Assembly (NCBI GenBank): GCA_003598025.1
Contig: QZKH01000006.1
Coordinates: forward strand, 172,035 to 236,034
Direction: 5' to 3'
DNA length: 64,000 nucleotides
From: Candidatus Omnitrophota bacterium
GTDB taxonomy: Bacteria > Omnitrophota > Gorgyraeia > Gygaellales > Profunditerraquicolaceae
How positions within the stretch are numbered: position 1 is the first letter of the stretch; each line of letters starts with the position of its first letter. Below, piece after piece: positions 37,808 through 47,980 of the stretch. The notes below the pieces were generated by a model, which was given only the letters and a program-made list of their open reading frames with translations, was not told the DNA's origin and made no database searches. Position numbers and translations under genes: made by a program.

Positions 37808-38501
37808 CGAACATATTTTTGTGTTTAAGGCAGATAAATATCGGAAATATATAATTATTGCCCTGATAGTATTGCTTTTTTTGTTATTTGGCTCTCTCAG
37901 TATATCCAGATATATAGCTGCAGAAAGTTTTATGAAAGCAGAGGAGCTATTTAATAATGCCCAGGCAATAAGCGAAGATATTTTATTAGAAAAATCGTTT
38001 GCGTATCAAAAAACTATTAGATTATTAAATCGGGCAATTTCTCATAACAAATACAATGCCGATTATTACAGTTTCCTTTCAAGTTTATTATATACGGTAG
38101 TTGATAATCAGTCTCTTGCCGAACTCATTATGATCAATAATAAGGATTACTTTAAATCTCATAAGATATTGGATGCTGCCGAGTGGTATCAGGCGGAAGC
38201 TATTTTAAGGAATCCTGCCAATTACCTGTATTATTATAAGCTTGCTGAATTGTATATTAAATCCGGAGATACTATTAAGGCCGAAGAACAGCTGAAGAAG
38301 TCTATTCTATTTGATCCGCAGAATATAAATTTGAATCTTTCGCTGGCAAAGTTTTATTTAGACAGGGGAGATAGCGAGGAGTTTAAGAAATACCTCAAAG
38401 TTGCAATGGGCTTAGACAGGCTTGAATCAAAAGGCAAAGTATCTGAGAAGATGAATAATTTCCTAATAGGTATTGGGCAGGAGGGGGCTGTTACCGAATG
38501 A
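37791..38501 (+). CDS. TPR-repeat membrane-anchored protein
   Basis: N-terminal TM, TPR-like repeats. Confidence 0.4.
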   Translation: MSTANSEHIFVFKADKYRKYIIIALIVLLFLLFGSLSISRYIAAESFMKAEELFNNAQAISEDILLEKSFAYQKTIRLLNRAISHNKYNADYYSFLSSLLYTVVDNQSLAELIMINNKDYFKSHKILDAAEWYQAEAILRNPANYLYYYKLAELYIKSGDTIKAEEQLKKSILFDPQNINLNLSLAKFYLDRGDSEEFKKYLKVAMGLDRLESKGKVSEKMNNFLIGIGQEGAVTE

Positions 38502-39601
38502 AGATATTGGTCGTTGGTGCCGGGCCCGTAGGGTCTTATGTTTCCAGGCTTTTGCAAAAGAAGGGCAAAAACCTGGATATTACTGTCATTGAAGAACATC
38601 CTGAAGTCGGCAAGCCGGTGCATTGCGCCGGGCTTGTAAGCACTAAAGTATTTAGCGAAATAAGCCTGCCGTCTTTAAGTAAGAATCTCGTGCTTAACAA
38701 GATAGATGGGGCGGATTTTCATTTTGAGAATGAATCCTTCAGGATAAGAAGAAAGAACGCGGCTTTTGTAATAAACCGGAAGGATTTTGATATTTCTCTG
38801 GCAGAAGGCTTAAACATTGATTTTAATACTAAATTTGTCGGCATAGAGAAGAACCATAAATTTTTCATTGTTGAAACCGACAAAAGGGAATATGAGGCAG
38901 ATATAGTCATAGGCGCAGACGGTGCTAATTCTTTAGTAAGAAAGGTATTAAACCCCTCAAATAGCATACAATGTTTGCGGGGAGTGCAGTTCAGGATAGA
39001 ATCCCGCCAGCATGAAAGCAATTTTGTGCAGGTTTATTTAACTGACGAATCTTTTGCTTGGGTGATACCTGAGAATTATGGCATCGTAAGGGTAGGGATA
39101 TTGTCCGATAATCCTTATAAAGACTTAACTGATTTTATTGAAAAGGTGGGGATAAAAGGAGCGATACTTGAAAAATTCGCCGGATTAGTACCGATAGGCT
39201 CATGCCTTACCCAAAACCAGGGCCTGGTTTTGGTTGGGGATGCTGCTTGCCAGGTAAAGCCTTTAACACATGGAGGTATTTATTACGGAATGCGATGTGC
39301 TGAAGTGCTTGCTGATTGTATAATAAATTCTAAGATTAATGAGTATGAAAAGAGATGGAAAGCCAAATTTGATAGGGAGATACAGATCGGCCTTAAAGCC
39401 AGGAAATTTTATCAAAACTTAAGCCGTGATAATAAGAAGAGAATATTCAAATTACTTAAAAATAACGTTAAAATCCTGGAGAAATTTGGTGATTTCGAGA
39501 ACCATTCCAGGGTAATTTCTGCACTAATAAAAAATCCATCTTTACAAAGTTTTTTCGGTAAAGTATTTATAAGTTTTTTAAGAAACAATTCTATTCCTTA
39601 A
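38498..39601 (+). CDS. geranylgeranyl reductase family FAD-dependent oxidoreductase
   Basis: MKILVVGAGPVGSYVSRLL FAD motif. GDAACQVKPLTHGGIYYGM signature as in ChlP / digeranylgeranylglycerophospholipid reductases. Confidence 0.7.
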   Translation: MKILVVGAGPVGSYVSRLLQKKGKNLDITVIEEHPEVGKPVHCAGLVSTKVFSEISLPSLSKNLVLNKIDGADFHFENESFRIRRKNAAFVINRKDFDISLAEGLNIDFNTKFVGIEKNHKFFIVETDKREYEADIVIGADGANSLVRKVLNPSNSIQCLRGVQFRIESRQHESNFVQVYLTDESFAWVIPENYGIVRVGILSDNPYKDLTDFIEKVGIKGAILEKFAGLVPIGSCLTQNQGLVLVGDAACQVKPLTHGGIYYGMRCAEVLADCIINSKINEYEKRWKAKFDREIQIGLKARKFYQNLSRDNKKRIFKLLKNNVKILEKFGDFENHSRVISALIKNPSLQSFFGKVFISFLRNNSIP

Positions 39602-39624
39602 TTTTTTTATAATCATTAAAAGCG

Positions 39625-40623
39625 ATGAAAATTTTTCTAATAGGCACTTTTATGCCATCCAGTATTGAATATTCCTACCTTAGGGCCTTCCTGCGCCTGG
39701 GCCATACCGTAAAATGTTTTGATACCACACACAAGAACCTTTTTATTAAGATAATCAAAAAAAAATTAGACAACCGAATAATTTTTTCGGAAATAAAAAA
39801 TTTTAATCCTGATTTAATATTTGTAATCAAGGGATATGAAGTATTGCCGGAGACAATTGATAAGATCAGGGATATTTCACGGGCCAGAATATTCTGCTTT
39901 AATAGCGATGATCCTTTTGAGATAACCATCAAGGGCACCAGCAACAGCAATATCCTTGATTCCATACCTTTTTATGATCATTATTTTACTTGGTCAAAAG
40001 TACTGTTAAATATCCTTAAGCAAAAAGGCGGCGCCAGGAACGTAGGGTATCTGCCTTTTGGTTTTGATTCATTTTTTCATTATCCGCAGACTTTATCTAA
40101 ACATGAAGCCGATAAATATTTCAGTGAAATAACCTTCGTCGGCAGCTGGGATGAGGAGAGGGAAAAATGGCTTAAAGAGTTAAGTAGTTTTAATTTAGGG
40201 ATATGGGGTAATTCGGATTGGTTGTTTAAATGTTCAGATAGATGGTTGAGGGGCAGATGGAAGAAAAAAGAAATGTTTGCTCAGGATATGTCAAAGGTCG
40301 TCGGTTCATCGCATGTATCGCTGAATATCTTGCGGTTGCAAAATAAGGGCAGTCATAATATGCGTACATTTGAGGCCCATGCAAGCCAGGCTTTTGTAAT
40401 CTCAGAGAGAAGCCCTGAAATCTGCGAATTATTCAAGGAGGATAGCGAAGCGGTATACTTTTCAGATCCCAAAGAAATGAAAGACAAGGTCGCATATTAT
40501 TTAAAAGCAGATTTTTTACGAAAAAAGATTGCCTTTTCAGGGTACAAAAGATGCCTGAAAAGCAGTTATTCATATCTGGATAGGGCAAAACAAGTATTGA
40601 AAACCTATGAAGAACTCAAATAA
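39625..40623 (+). CDS. hypothetical protein, CgeB/DUF3880-like putative glycosyltransferase
   Basis: Weak resemblance only (GT-B like C-terminal half). No definitive motif. Confidence 0.3.
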   Translation: MKIFLIGTFMPSSIEYSYLRAFLRLGHTVKCFDTTHKNLFIKIIKKKLDNRIIFSEIKNFNPDLIFVIKGYEVLPETIDKIRDISRARIFCFNSDDPFEITIKGTSNSNILDSIPFYDHYFTWSKVLLNILKQKGGARNVGYLPFGFDSFFHYPQTLSKHEADKYFSEITFVGSWDEEREKWLKELSSFNLGIWGNSDWLFKCSDRWLRGRWKKKEMFAQDMSKVVGSSHVSLNILRLQNKGSHNMRTFEAHASQAFVISERSPEICELFKEDSEAVYFSDPKEMKDKVAYYLKADFLRKKIAFSGYKRCLKSSYSYLDRAKQVLKTYEELK

Positions 40624-41839
40624 TAATGAAAGAAAATCACGGATATTAAGCGTCTATAATTTTCTGGAAGAGAGAAGGGGCGCGCAGGTCACTTTTATAA
40701 ATTCAGCTATTTTTCTTAGAAATCAAGGGCATAAAGTAGATGTTCTAGTGCTGTCAATTTCTAAAAGTTTTAAGGATGAATTGGAGAGCCAAGGGATAAG
40801 CGTCTTTGACCTTAGGTTTAAACCCGGATTATTAAAAGTGTTGTTTTTAAATATGTTGATTAAGTTGTGTGTCAACCCCGTAGTCTTTATCAAATACAGG
40901 AATTTTGTCAAGAAACATGAGAGATGTTATGATCTTGCTTTAGTGCAGCATTCATATTTTACTCCGCTTATTTTACCCTCTTTGACTATACCCAGCGTAT
41001 ATTTCTGCCACGAGCCTCCCCGGGCGTTTTATGAGCCAAACGTCATTAATTATAATTCCGGGTTGAGTAAAATTATTAATTTTTTTATTATCTTCATAGA
41101 GAAGATTATTGATAAATGGTGTGTCAAGTCAAGTAGTTTGATATTAGCAAATAGTGAATATACAAGAGAGTTTATTTACAGGGTATATGGGTTATTTGCT
41201 GAGACTTGTTATCTTGGAGTTAATATCAATCATTTTAAGCCTACCAGTATAAACAAAGAAACAATGGTTCTTTCTGTGGGGGCATTAGAAAGGACAAAGG
41301 CGCATGATTTTATTTTACGCAGCTTATCGACTATCCCCGTAAATAAAAGGCCGTCTTTAACTATCGCCGGAAGCGGCCCTTTCAGGGAGAGGCAAAGGCT
41401 TTCAGATATGGCAAAAAGGACAGGAGTCAAACTTAATATTTTATCAGTCGATTCTGAAGGGATGGTTAGCTTGTATAACCAGGCAAAAGCTACTTTGATA
41501 GCCGGAATTATGGAACCTTTCGGTCTGGCTGCAATAGAATCTATGGCCTGTCAGACCCCAGTTGTAGCCGTAAAAGAGGCAGGTTTAAGAGAAACAATAG
41601 ATGAAAGTTGCGGTATCTTTACTAATAGAGACGAGCATGAGTTTGGCCGGGCAGTTATAGATATCATTGAAAATCCTCAATTGGCAAACATACTCGGCAG
41701 TAATGGCAGGAAAAGGGTAATTGAACGTTTTACCTGGTACGAATTGGCAGAAAATTTTGAGAAAAAAATAGAAAGTATTCTATTTAAGCATTTTGATTAT
41801 AAAAGAAATACGGAACCCAATATTATGGCAACAGGCTAA
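40607..41839 (+). CDS. GT4-family glycosyltransferase (GT-B)
   Basis: EPFGLAAIESMACQTPVVAV E-x7-E motif region. Confidence 0.8.
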   Translation: MKNSNNNERKSRILSVYNFLEERRGAQVTFINSAIFLRNQGHKVDVLVLSISKSFKDELESQGISVFDLRFKPGLLKVLFLNMLIKLCVNPVVFIKYRNFVKKHERCYDLALVQHSYFTPLILPSLTIPSVYFCHEPPRAFYEPNVINYNSGLSKIINFFIIFIEKIIDKWCVKSSSLILANSEYTREFIYRVYGLFAETCYLGVNINHFKPTSINKETMVLSVGALERTKAHDFILRSLSTIPVNKRPSLTIAGSGPFRERQRLSDMAKRTGVKLNILSVDSEGMVSLYNQAKATLIAGIMEPFGLAAIESMACQTPVVAVKEAGLRETIDESCGIFTNRDEHEFGRAVIDIIENPQLANILGSNGRKRVIERFTWYELAENFEKKIESILFKHFDYKRNTEPNIMATG

Positions 41840-41859
41840 AAGATGCCTAGGGGCTAATA

Positions 41860-42927
41860 ATGGTCTGCGAAATGAATACAGGTTTCATAAAGAAGATCTT
41901 AATTTTTTCTCCGAACTGGTTAGGGGACGCCGTTATGTCTATGCCTATGATTTATGCCTTGCGGGAATCTTTACCTGGTTGCGATATAACCATAGTCTCA
42001 AGGCCTGGCTTAGTCCCTCTATGGCAGCAGAATGATTACTCAAAAGAGATCATCCCTTTTGACATATTTGATAAAACTACCGGGGTCAGAGACTATTTAA
42101 GGCTTTTTACGAAATTAAGGGGAAAATCATTTGATTTAGCTATAATTTTGCCTTCTTGCCTGCAATGGAGTTTAATCAGTTTATGCGCCGGTATCCGCTA
42201 TAGAATAGGGTTCAGCAATAATACTGGCAGTTTACTGCTATCAAATAAACTAGCTAATGATAGAGACAGAAAAATCCACATAATTGCTAATTACATGCGC
42301 ATTGCCAGGGCTATCGGCATTGAGGGTAAAGAATATATGCCGCAGTTGATGATAAGCGATAGATACGTAAATTTTGCAAATGATTTTTTCAAGACCAATA
42401 ATATCGATAAACAAGACATAGTAATCGGCCTGGCTCCAGCAGCCGCATATGGGCCTGCTAAGAGGTGGCCGGAAGAATATTTTGCTGATTTAGCGGACAG
42501 ATTGATAGATTCTTATAAGGCTAAGGTCATAATTTTCGGAAGCCAATTTGAATCAGACATTGGCTGCAAGGTTTCCGGATTAATGCGCAATGCACACGTT
42601 AATCTTGTTTCTAAGACCGATCTTATGGAAGCCGCCGGCTTGATAAATAAATGCAGCCTATTTATTACCAATGATTCTGGTTTGATGCATATTGCATCCG
42701 CATTAGGTGTCCGGCTTATTGCAATTTTCGGCTCGACATCTCCCTTATGGACAGGCCCATGTTTAAAAAAATCAGTAATATTAAAGAAGGATTTACCTTG
42801 TTCTCCATGTTTTAGCAGGACCTGCCATTTTGGTTCATACAAGTGCTTAACATCTATAACGGTTGAAGAGGCCTTTGAAGCGGCGATAGCCCAATTGAAA
42901 AATAATTCACCTGTAGGATTACAATGA
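41860..42927 (+). CDS. GT9-family glycosyltransferase (ADP-heptose:LPS heptosyltransferase-like)
   Basis: LAPAAAYGPAKRWPEEYF and NDSGLMHIASALGVRLIAIFGSTSP motifs of WaaC/WaaF family. Confidence 0.8.
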   Translation: MVCEMNTGFIKKILIFSPNWLGDAVMSMPMIYALRESLPGCDITIVSRPGLVPLWQQNDYSKEIIPFDIFDKTTGVRDYLRLFTKLRGKSFDLAIILPSCLQWSLISLCAGIRYRIGFSNNTGSLLLSNKLANDRDRKIHIIANYMRIARAIGIEGKEYMPQLMISDRYVNFANDFFKTNNIDKQDIVIGLAPAAAYGPAKRWPEEYFADLADRLIDSYKAKVIIFGSQFESDIGCKVSGLMRNAHVNLVSKTDLMEAAGLINKCSLFITNDSGLMHIASALGVRLIAIFGSTSPLWTGPCLKKSVILKKDLPCSPCFSRTCHFGSYKCLTSITVEEAFEAAIAQLKNNSPVGLQ

Positions 42928-43700
42928 ATAAATTGTCAGCAAGTATAATTACATACAATGAGGAAAAAGATATCAGGGGTTGCCTTGAAGGCCTGTCTTG
43001 GGTTGATGAGATTGTTGTGTTAGATTCTTTCAGCAACGATAAAACTATAGAAATTTGTAAGGAGTTTAATAAAGTTAAAATATACCAGGTTGAATGGCAT
43101 GGGCATATAAAGCAGAAAAATATTGCGTTATCAAAAACCAGCCACGAATGGGTTATATCTCTGGACGCTGATGAACGGTTAGACCCGGAGCTTAAGCAGG
43201 AAATTGTGGAAATTATGCGAAAAGATGTATCCAAATTCAACGGTTATTGCATGCCGAGAATTTCTTATTATTTGGGAAGATGGATAAAACATTCTGGCTG
43301 GTATCCGAATTACCAGCTCAGGCTTTTTAGGAAAAGCCAGGCTTATTGGGGTGGGAGAGACCCCCATGATAAGATCATTTTAAATGGCGGGTGCGAGAAA
43401 CTTAAAGGCCATATCCTGCATTATCCCTATAAAGACCTAGATGAACATCTGCAAAAAATATCTAACTATACTTTCATCATGGCAAAAAGCGATTATGAGT
43501 GCGGAAAAAAACCTAATTTATTAAAGATTATTTTCTTGCCAGTTCTTAAATTTATTGATATGTACATTTTAAAAGCTGGTTTTCTTGATAGCACCCCTGG
43601 ATTAATAGCTGCATTTATGGGAGGGTATTATGTGTTTCTTAGGCACGCCAAGCTTTTAACTATGGATGTAAAGCTGGAGGATAATATTGTCGCCAAGTAA
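42924..43700 (+). CDS. GT2-family glycosyltransferase
   Basis: SIITYNEEKDI...VVLDSFSNDKT...SLDADERL (DxD) motifs. Confidence 0.8.
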   Translation: MNKLSASIITYNEEKDIRGCLEGLSWVDEIVVLDSFSNDKTIEICKEFNKVKIYQVEWHGHIKQKNIALSKTSHEWVISLDADERLDPELKQEIVEIMRKDVSKFNGYCMPRISYYLGRWIKHSGWYPNYQLRLFRKSQAYWGGRDPHDKIILNGGCEKLKGHILHYPYKDLDEHLQKISNYTFIMAKSDYECGKKPNLLKIIFLPVLKFIDMYILKAGFLDSTPGLIAAFMGGYYVFLRHAKLLTMDVKLEDNIVAK

Positions 43701-44787
43701 ATATCGGATTCTCCATATTAATTCAGAAGTTAATTGGTCGGGAGGAGAGGCTCAAACCCTGAATCTCTGTAAAGGTTTGTTAGAAAGAGGCCATAGGTGT
43801 ATTCTTGTGTGCCCGCAAAAAAGTATTTTGTCAGAGAGGGCCGGGAGGTCCGGCATCACTGTAAAGGATGTGGCGATGAGGAGTATCCTGGATTTAGCTT
43901 CAATAAAGCAATTAAACGCTATAATCAGAAAGAATAATATTGATATAGTGCATATGCATACTTATAAAGGGCATTTTCTGGGTGCAGTGGCTTCATATCT
44001 TTCTGGGGTAAAGGTTAAGCTTGTTACCAGAAGAATGGATTTTCCTATATCGAATAATGTGATGAATAGGCTTTTATATGGCGTGTTGGTTGACAAGGTT
44101 ATTTCAATTTCAGATTCAGTACGTAAAGAAGTTCAAAAGGTACTTCCCAAAGGAAAAGATTCTGAAGTTATTCATAGTTGCGTCGTTACAGTCGAATTTG
44201 ATCCTCTTGCCCGTAGAGAAAATATAAAGCTTAAGACTAAAAATAAAAATTTTGTTATAGGAACCGTTTCCAATTTGGTCAAAAGGAAAGGTATAAAGCA
44301 TCTCATTATTGCTTTTGGCAAAATGTTAAATGAATACCCTAATTTGAAGTTGCTTATTATCGGAGACGGGCCATTAAGAACAGATTTAGAATTGCTTGTA
44401 AGAGAGCTTAATCTCGCTAGTCATGTGAAGTTTAAAGGATTCGTAGAAGATGTAAAATCATATTTGCTTGATATGGATATTTTTGTTTTGCCTTCCTTAG
44501 AAGAAGCTCTTGGTCTTGCAATTATTGAAGCAATGGCTATGTCTTTGCCGGTCGTAGCATCAAAAATAGGCGGTATTCCTGAAGTAGTTGAGGATGGTAC
44601 CACGGGCCTGCTTGTAGATCCGGGTAATCCTGAGGAGCTGTCTTGCGCTATGAGATATTTATTAAGTAATCCAGAATTATTAAGAGCTATGGGAGAGAAC
44701 GGCAGGAAAAGGTCAGAACAATGTTTTAATAATGATATTTTGATATCAAAATACGAGCAGGTTTATAGAGAATTAATAGATGGGTAA
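43687..44787 (+). CDS. GT4-family glycosyltransferase
   Basis: EEALGLAIIEAMAMSLPVVASKIGGIPEVV motif. Confidence 0.8.
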   Translation: MSPSKYRILHINSEVNWSGGEAQTLNLCKGLLERGHRCILVCPQKSILSERAGRSGITVKDVAMRSILDLASIKQLNAIIRKNNIDIVHMHTYKGHFLGAVASYLSGVKVKLVTRRMDFPISNNVMNRLLYGVLVDKVISISDSVRKEVQKVLPKGKDSEVIHSCVVTVEFDPLARRENIKLKTKNKNFVIGTVSNLVKRKGIKHLIIAFGKMLNEYPNLKLLIIGDGPLRTDLELLVRELNLASHVKFKGFVEDVKSYLLDMDIFVLPSLEEALGLAIIEAMAMSLPVVASKIGGIPEVVEDGTTGLLVDPGNPEELSCAMRYLLSNPELLRAMGENGRKRSEQCFNNDILISKYEQVYRELIDG

Positions 44788-45964
44788 TATACCAATCAAG
44801 ACACATACGCATAAGTTAGCAGGATGTTGTATAGATTTGATCCTGAGGGTTTTTTCATTAGGTATCAAGTTAATATTTCTACCAATGCTTGCCAAACCCA
44901 AGGACCCCTTATCTCTAACTGGGATAAAAAGGGTTTTGATTTATGGCACTGTCGGGATAGGGAATATGGTCCTTTTTTCTTCAGTAATCAAGGCCATGAG
45001 AAAAAGCTTACCTCAAGCAGAGATAATCTTACTTTTTTTGAATAAAGGAGAATCCAGGAATGTAGTTTATGAAAGTAGTATTGTAGACAAAATTATCGTT
45101 TGCGGAAGGCTAAATATACCAGAAAAATCCAGAATAGCTTTTAGGATCAGGAAGTGGAAGCCGGATTTAATAATAGCCAGATTTGATAATAGTATAAGTT
45201 ATGCGTTGATTACAGCCTTAAGCAATTCCCCTTATAGGTTGGGCCAACTTTCGCAGAGCGATAATAAGAATTATTTTAAATTTCTGTATAATATAAAAAT
45301 GACAATGAATCTGGATAATCACGAAATCGATGATTATTTTTATTTAGTAAATAAAATCGGTATCAGCGCATTCGGTAGGAATCCTTATTTTTACCTGAGA
45401 GATAAAGACCTGAAGGCTGCGGAGCATTTTTTATCTTGTAATGGGCTTGGGAATGCTGAAAAATTTATCACTATTCAGTGCGGCACAAGCGATCATGCTA
45501 ATTGGAAACGATGGGATACCGGAAACTTTGTCAGTCTTATAAAATTATTATTTAAGAGGGGCATAAAGCCTGTTCTTGTCGGTTCAAAGAATGAAAAAGG
45601 CATCGAAAAGATTATTTTTAATCAGTTAGATAATGATCCGCTTAGTGCAATCGGAGTCTTGTCGCTTAAAGAAACAGCAGCTTTGATTAAAAAAAGTAGC
45701 CTTCTTGTCTGCCATGATAGCGGGCTCATGCATATTGCTGCTGCTGTCGGAACCAAAACGATTGCAATCTTTGGCCCAACTTCAACAAAGCGTACTTCAC
45801 CTATAGGGCCTGGGCACATAATTATGACTAAAGAATTCCCATGCAGGCCTTGTTATCCATTGGATGGGATGAAGGCATTAAGCTGTAAAGATAGAGTGTG
45901 TCTGGAGTCTTTGACTCCGGAAGAGGTAATGGACAAGATTTCTCAAACAATGAGCACGACTTGA
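44780..45964 (+). CDS. GT9-family glycosyltransferase (heptosyltransferase-like)
   Basis: CHDSGLMHIAAAVGTKTIAIFGPTS motif. Confidence 0.75.
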   Translation: MGNIPIKTHTHKLAGCCIDLILRVFSLGIKLIFLPMLAKPKDPLSLTGIKRVLIYGTVGIGNMVLFSSVIKAMRKSLPQAEIILLFLNKGESRNVVYESSIVDKIIVCGRLNIPEKSRIAFRIRKWKPDLIIARFDNSISYALITALSNSPYRLGQLSQSDNKNYFKFLYNIKMTMNLDNHEIDDYFYLVNKIGISAFGRNPYFYLRDKDLKAAEHFLSCNGLGNAEKFITIQCGTSDHANWKRWDTGNFVSLIKLLFKRGIKPVLVGSKNEKGIEKIIFNQLDNDPLSAIGVLSLKETAALIKKSSLLVCHDSGLMHIAAAVGTKTIAIFGPTSTKRTSPIGPGHIIMTKEFPCRPCYPLDGMKALSCKDRVCLESLTPEEVMDKISQTMSTT

Positions 45965-45977
45965 GAGCGCAAAGATA

Positions 45978-47900
45978 ATGGGCATAGTAAACAAAAAAGA
46001 AATAACCGCAAAAAAATTGATTATAAGCTATATCCCCATGTCGGGATCTATGTTTGAGTTCAGGTTTAAAGCCATATTAAAGAAAAAGTATCAAGATTGT
46101 TCTTTTGTTTGCCTTGACCTGCGCTCTCGCAGGATAATGGACGAAATCGGTTTGAAGTATAGCAAAACAGACAATTATCTGGATGAGAACAAAGCAGAGT
46201 TGTTTTTGAAAAGCTTTACAACCTTTTTTGACTTTTCTGAAAGCTCATTAAATATAAGCGCACTGTTGACTTCTGGCAGGTTAACCCTGAATTCCTATCT
46301 GAACATAATTAAATATGATTATTTGACCAAAGCCGGTCCTGCTTTTTTTATGGAATTTATTATCCGGGAGATTATATATAAAGAATCTCCTGATGAGGTG
46401 ATTATAATATTTGAAAGGGGGATTTTTCGTAAAGTTGCTTTAAATGTTTTAAAAGAAGCAGGGATAAAGCACGGCGCCGTTAATACCGCTATTGACGGAT
46501 TTATACTAAGGCCCATAGTGGCACTATTAAAAATCAAATCAGTGCTAAAGTCATTTTATCTGTATTGCTACGATGTCTTGCGATTAATAAAGAGACGTTC
46601 TTTTATATCAGCCAAGGTTTTTCAAAATAAAATCCTGTTTTCGGACCCAAGGATTCTTCCGGATAGAAGAGTAGTTGTCGCCGGCTATAATTTCGGTACG
46701 GAAATGACGCTTTCAATGGGAATACTTGATCGGCTTAGGCAAAACGGATGGCATGTGGATTTTATCAGTAGCTGTTTCAAAAACTTTACCATCCGGATGA
46801 TGACAACAAACAAAATAAATGTTTTTATTCTCAATTCTATGGTCCGAATTAAAGACGGAAAAATAATAAATCAATCGCTTAAGACTATACTTAATGAAAT
46901 AAGATTGAACGCTAACTCCGGCAAAGGATTATTTTATAAGCATAGCAATCTGGATTTTCTTGCTATTGATAACAAACTTCGCAGATATTTCTTTTCCTCC
47001 CGCGCAATAAAAGATATCCTGATTTATATTTTTGGGCTTCAGAAGTACATACATTTATATAAGCCAGAATTGTTAATTATTAATTCTGACGCGTCTTCTT
47101 TTGGTTATCTAGCGGTAAAGATAGCCAAAGAAAGCAATGTTGCTTCAGTTTCCTGCCCTGGTTTGTTCCAGCAATTTTTTAACAAATTTATGCCGTCTTT
47201 TGACCGAGGGTTATGCGATAAGCTGCTGGTATCGGGAGAACGGATAAAAGAACATTTAGTCAAAAATGGTTCGGCCCAAAACAGAGTGATAGCAATAGGT
47301 GTGCCTAACTGGGAGGCGGAGCTTAAAAAAAGAAGAAAATTAAATTATAAGGATTTTTGTAATAGCTTAAAGGTTTCTTCTGAAAAAGATATAATCCTTT
47401 TTACTTCGCAGGGTCTTGAGGAGGATGCTGAAATTATAAGGATGTTGATTAATTTGATGCGGGCTAATCCCGACAAACAATTAATATTTAAACTCCATCC
47501 ATGTGAAAATGGCGGAGCTAAGGCGCTAAGAATAAGGCTTTCTGGGCTGAAGAATATAAAAGTAGTAGACCGGTATAATTTATGGGAATTGATCGATGCT
47601 TGCAGGATACTTATAACTTGCACATCGGTTACCGTGCTTCAGGCTATGATATTGGATAAACCAAGTATAGTTATTAAACAGGGTTTCAGGCCTTATCTCT
47701 CCGATTTTATTAAAGAGGGGGGGGTTGTTATGGCGGAAGGCCCGAAATCTCTCGATTCTACCGTTAATAGGTTAGTGAAAGACGTGCAGTTCAGACAAAT
47801 GGTGATATCAAAAGGCAGAGATTTTATCGAAAAATACTGTAAAGCGCCTGTAGATACTTTGGATTATTTGACCGAAGCATTGATACGCACAGCCGGATGA
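45978..47900 (+). CDS. TagF/KpsS-like (CDP-glycerol glycerophosphotransferase / Capsule_synth clan) protein, tentative
   Basis: C-terminal KLHP...ILITCTSVTVLQAMILDKPSIV pattern resembles GT-B Glyphos_transf/Capsule_synth families. 640 aa. Confidence 0.3.
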   Translation: MGIVNKKEITAKKLIISYIPMSGSMFEFRFKAILKKKYQDCSFVCLDLRSRRIMDEIGLKYSKTDNYLDENKAELFLKSFTTFFDFSESSLNISALLTSGRLTLNSYLNIIKYDYLTKAGPAFFMEFIIREIIYKESPDEVIIIFERGIFRKVALNVLKEAGIKHGAVNTAIDGFILRPIVALLKIKSVLKSFYLYCYDVLRLIKRRSFISAKVFQNKILFSDPRILPDRRVVVAGYNFGTEMTLSMGILDRLRQNGWHVDFISSCFKNFTIRMMTTNKINVFILNSMVRIKDGKIINQSLKTILNEIRLNANSGKGLFYKHSNLDFLAIDNKLRRYFFSSRAIKDILIYIFGLQKYIHLYKPELLIINSDASSFGYLAVKIAKESNVASVSCPGLFQQFFNKFMPSFDRGLCDKLLVSGERIKEHLVKNGSAQNRVIAIGVPNWEAELKKRRKLNYKDFCNSLKVSSEKDIILFTSQGLEEDAEIIRMLINLMRANPDKQLIFKLHPCENGGAKALRIRLSGLKNIKVVDRYNLWELIDACRILITCTSVTVLQAMILDKPSIVIKQGFRPYLSDFIKEGGVVMAEGPKSLDSTVNRLVKDVQFRQMVISKGRDFIEKYCKAPVDTLDYLTEALIRTAG

Positions 47901-47980
47901 TTAAAGAATAACCGGTATTTAAATAACATCCTTATGATTATCTGATATGCGCATAATCATTTTTATACAAGAGGCATAAT

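Noticed and set aside
47934-47960. AT-only 8-bp inverted repeat ATGATTAT-N11-ATAATCAT followed by TTTTT upstream of the GNAT gene
   Set aside because: The stem is entirely A/T and predicted to be too unstable for a terminator. It could be an operator but there is no supporting second copy.
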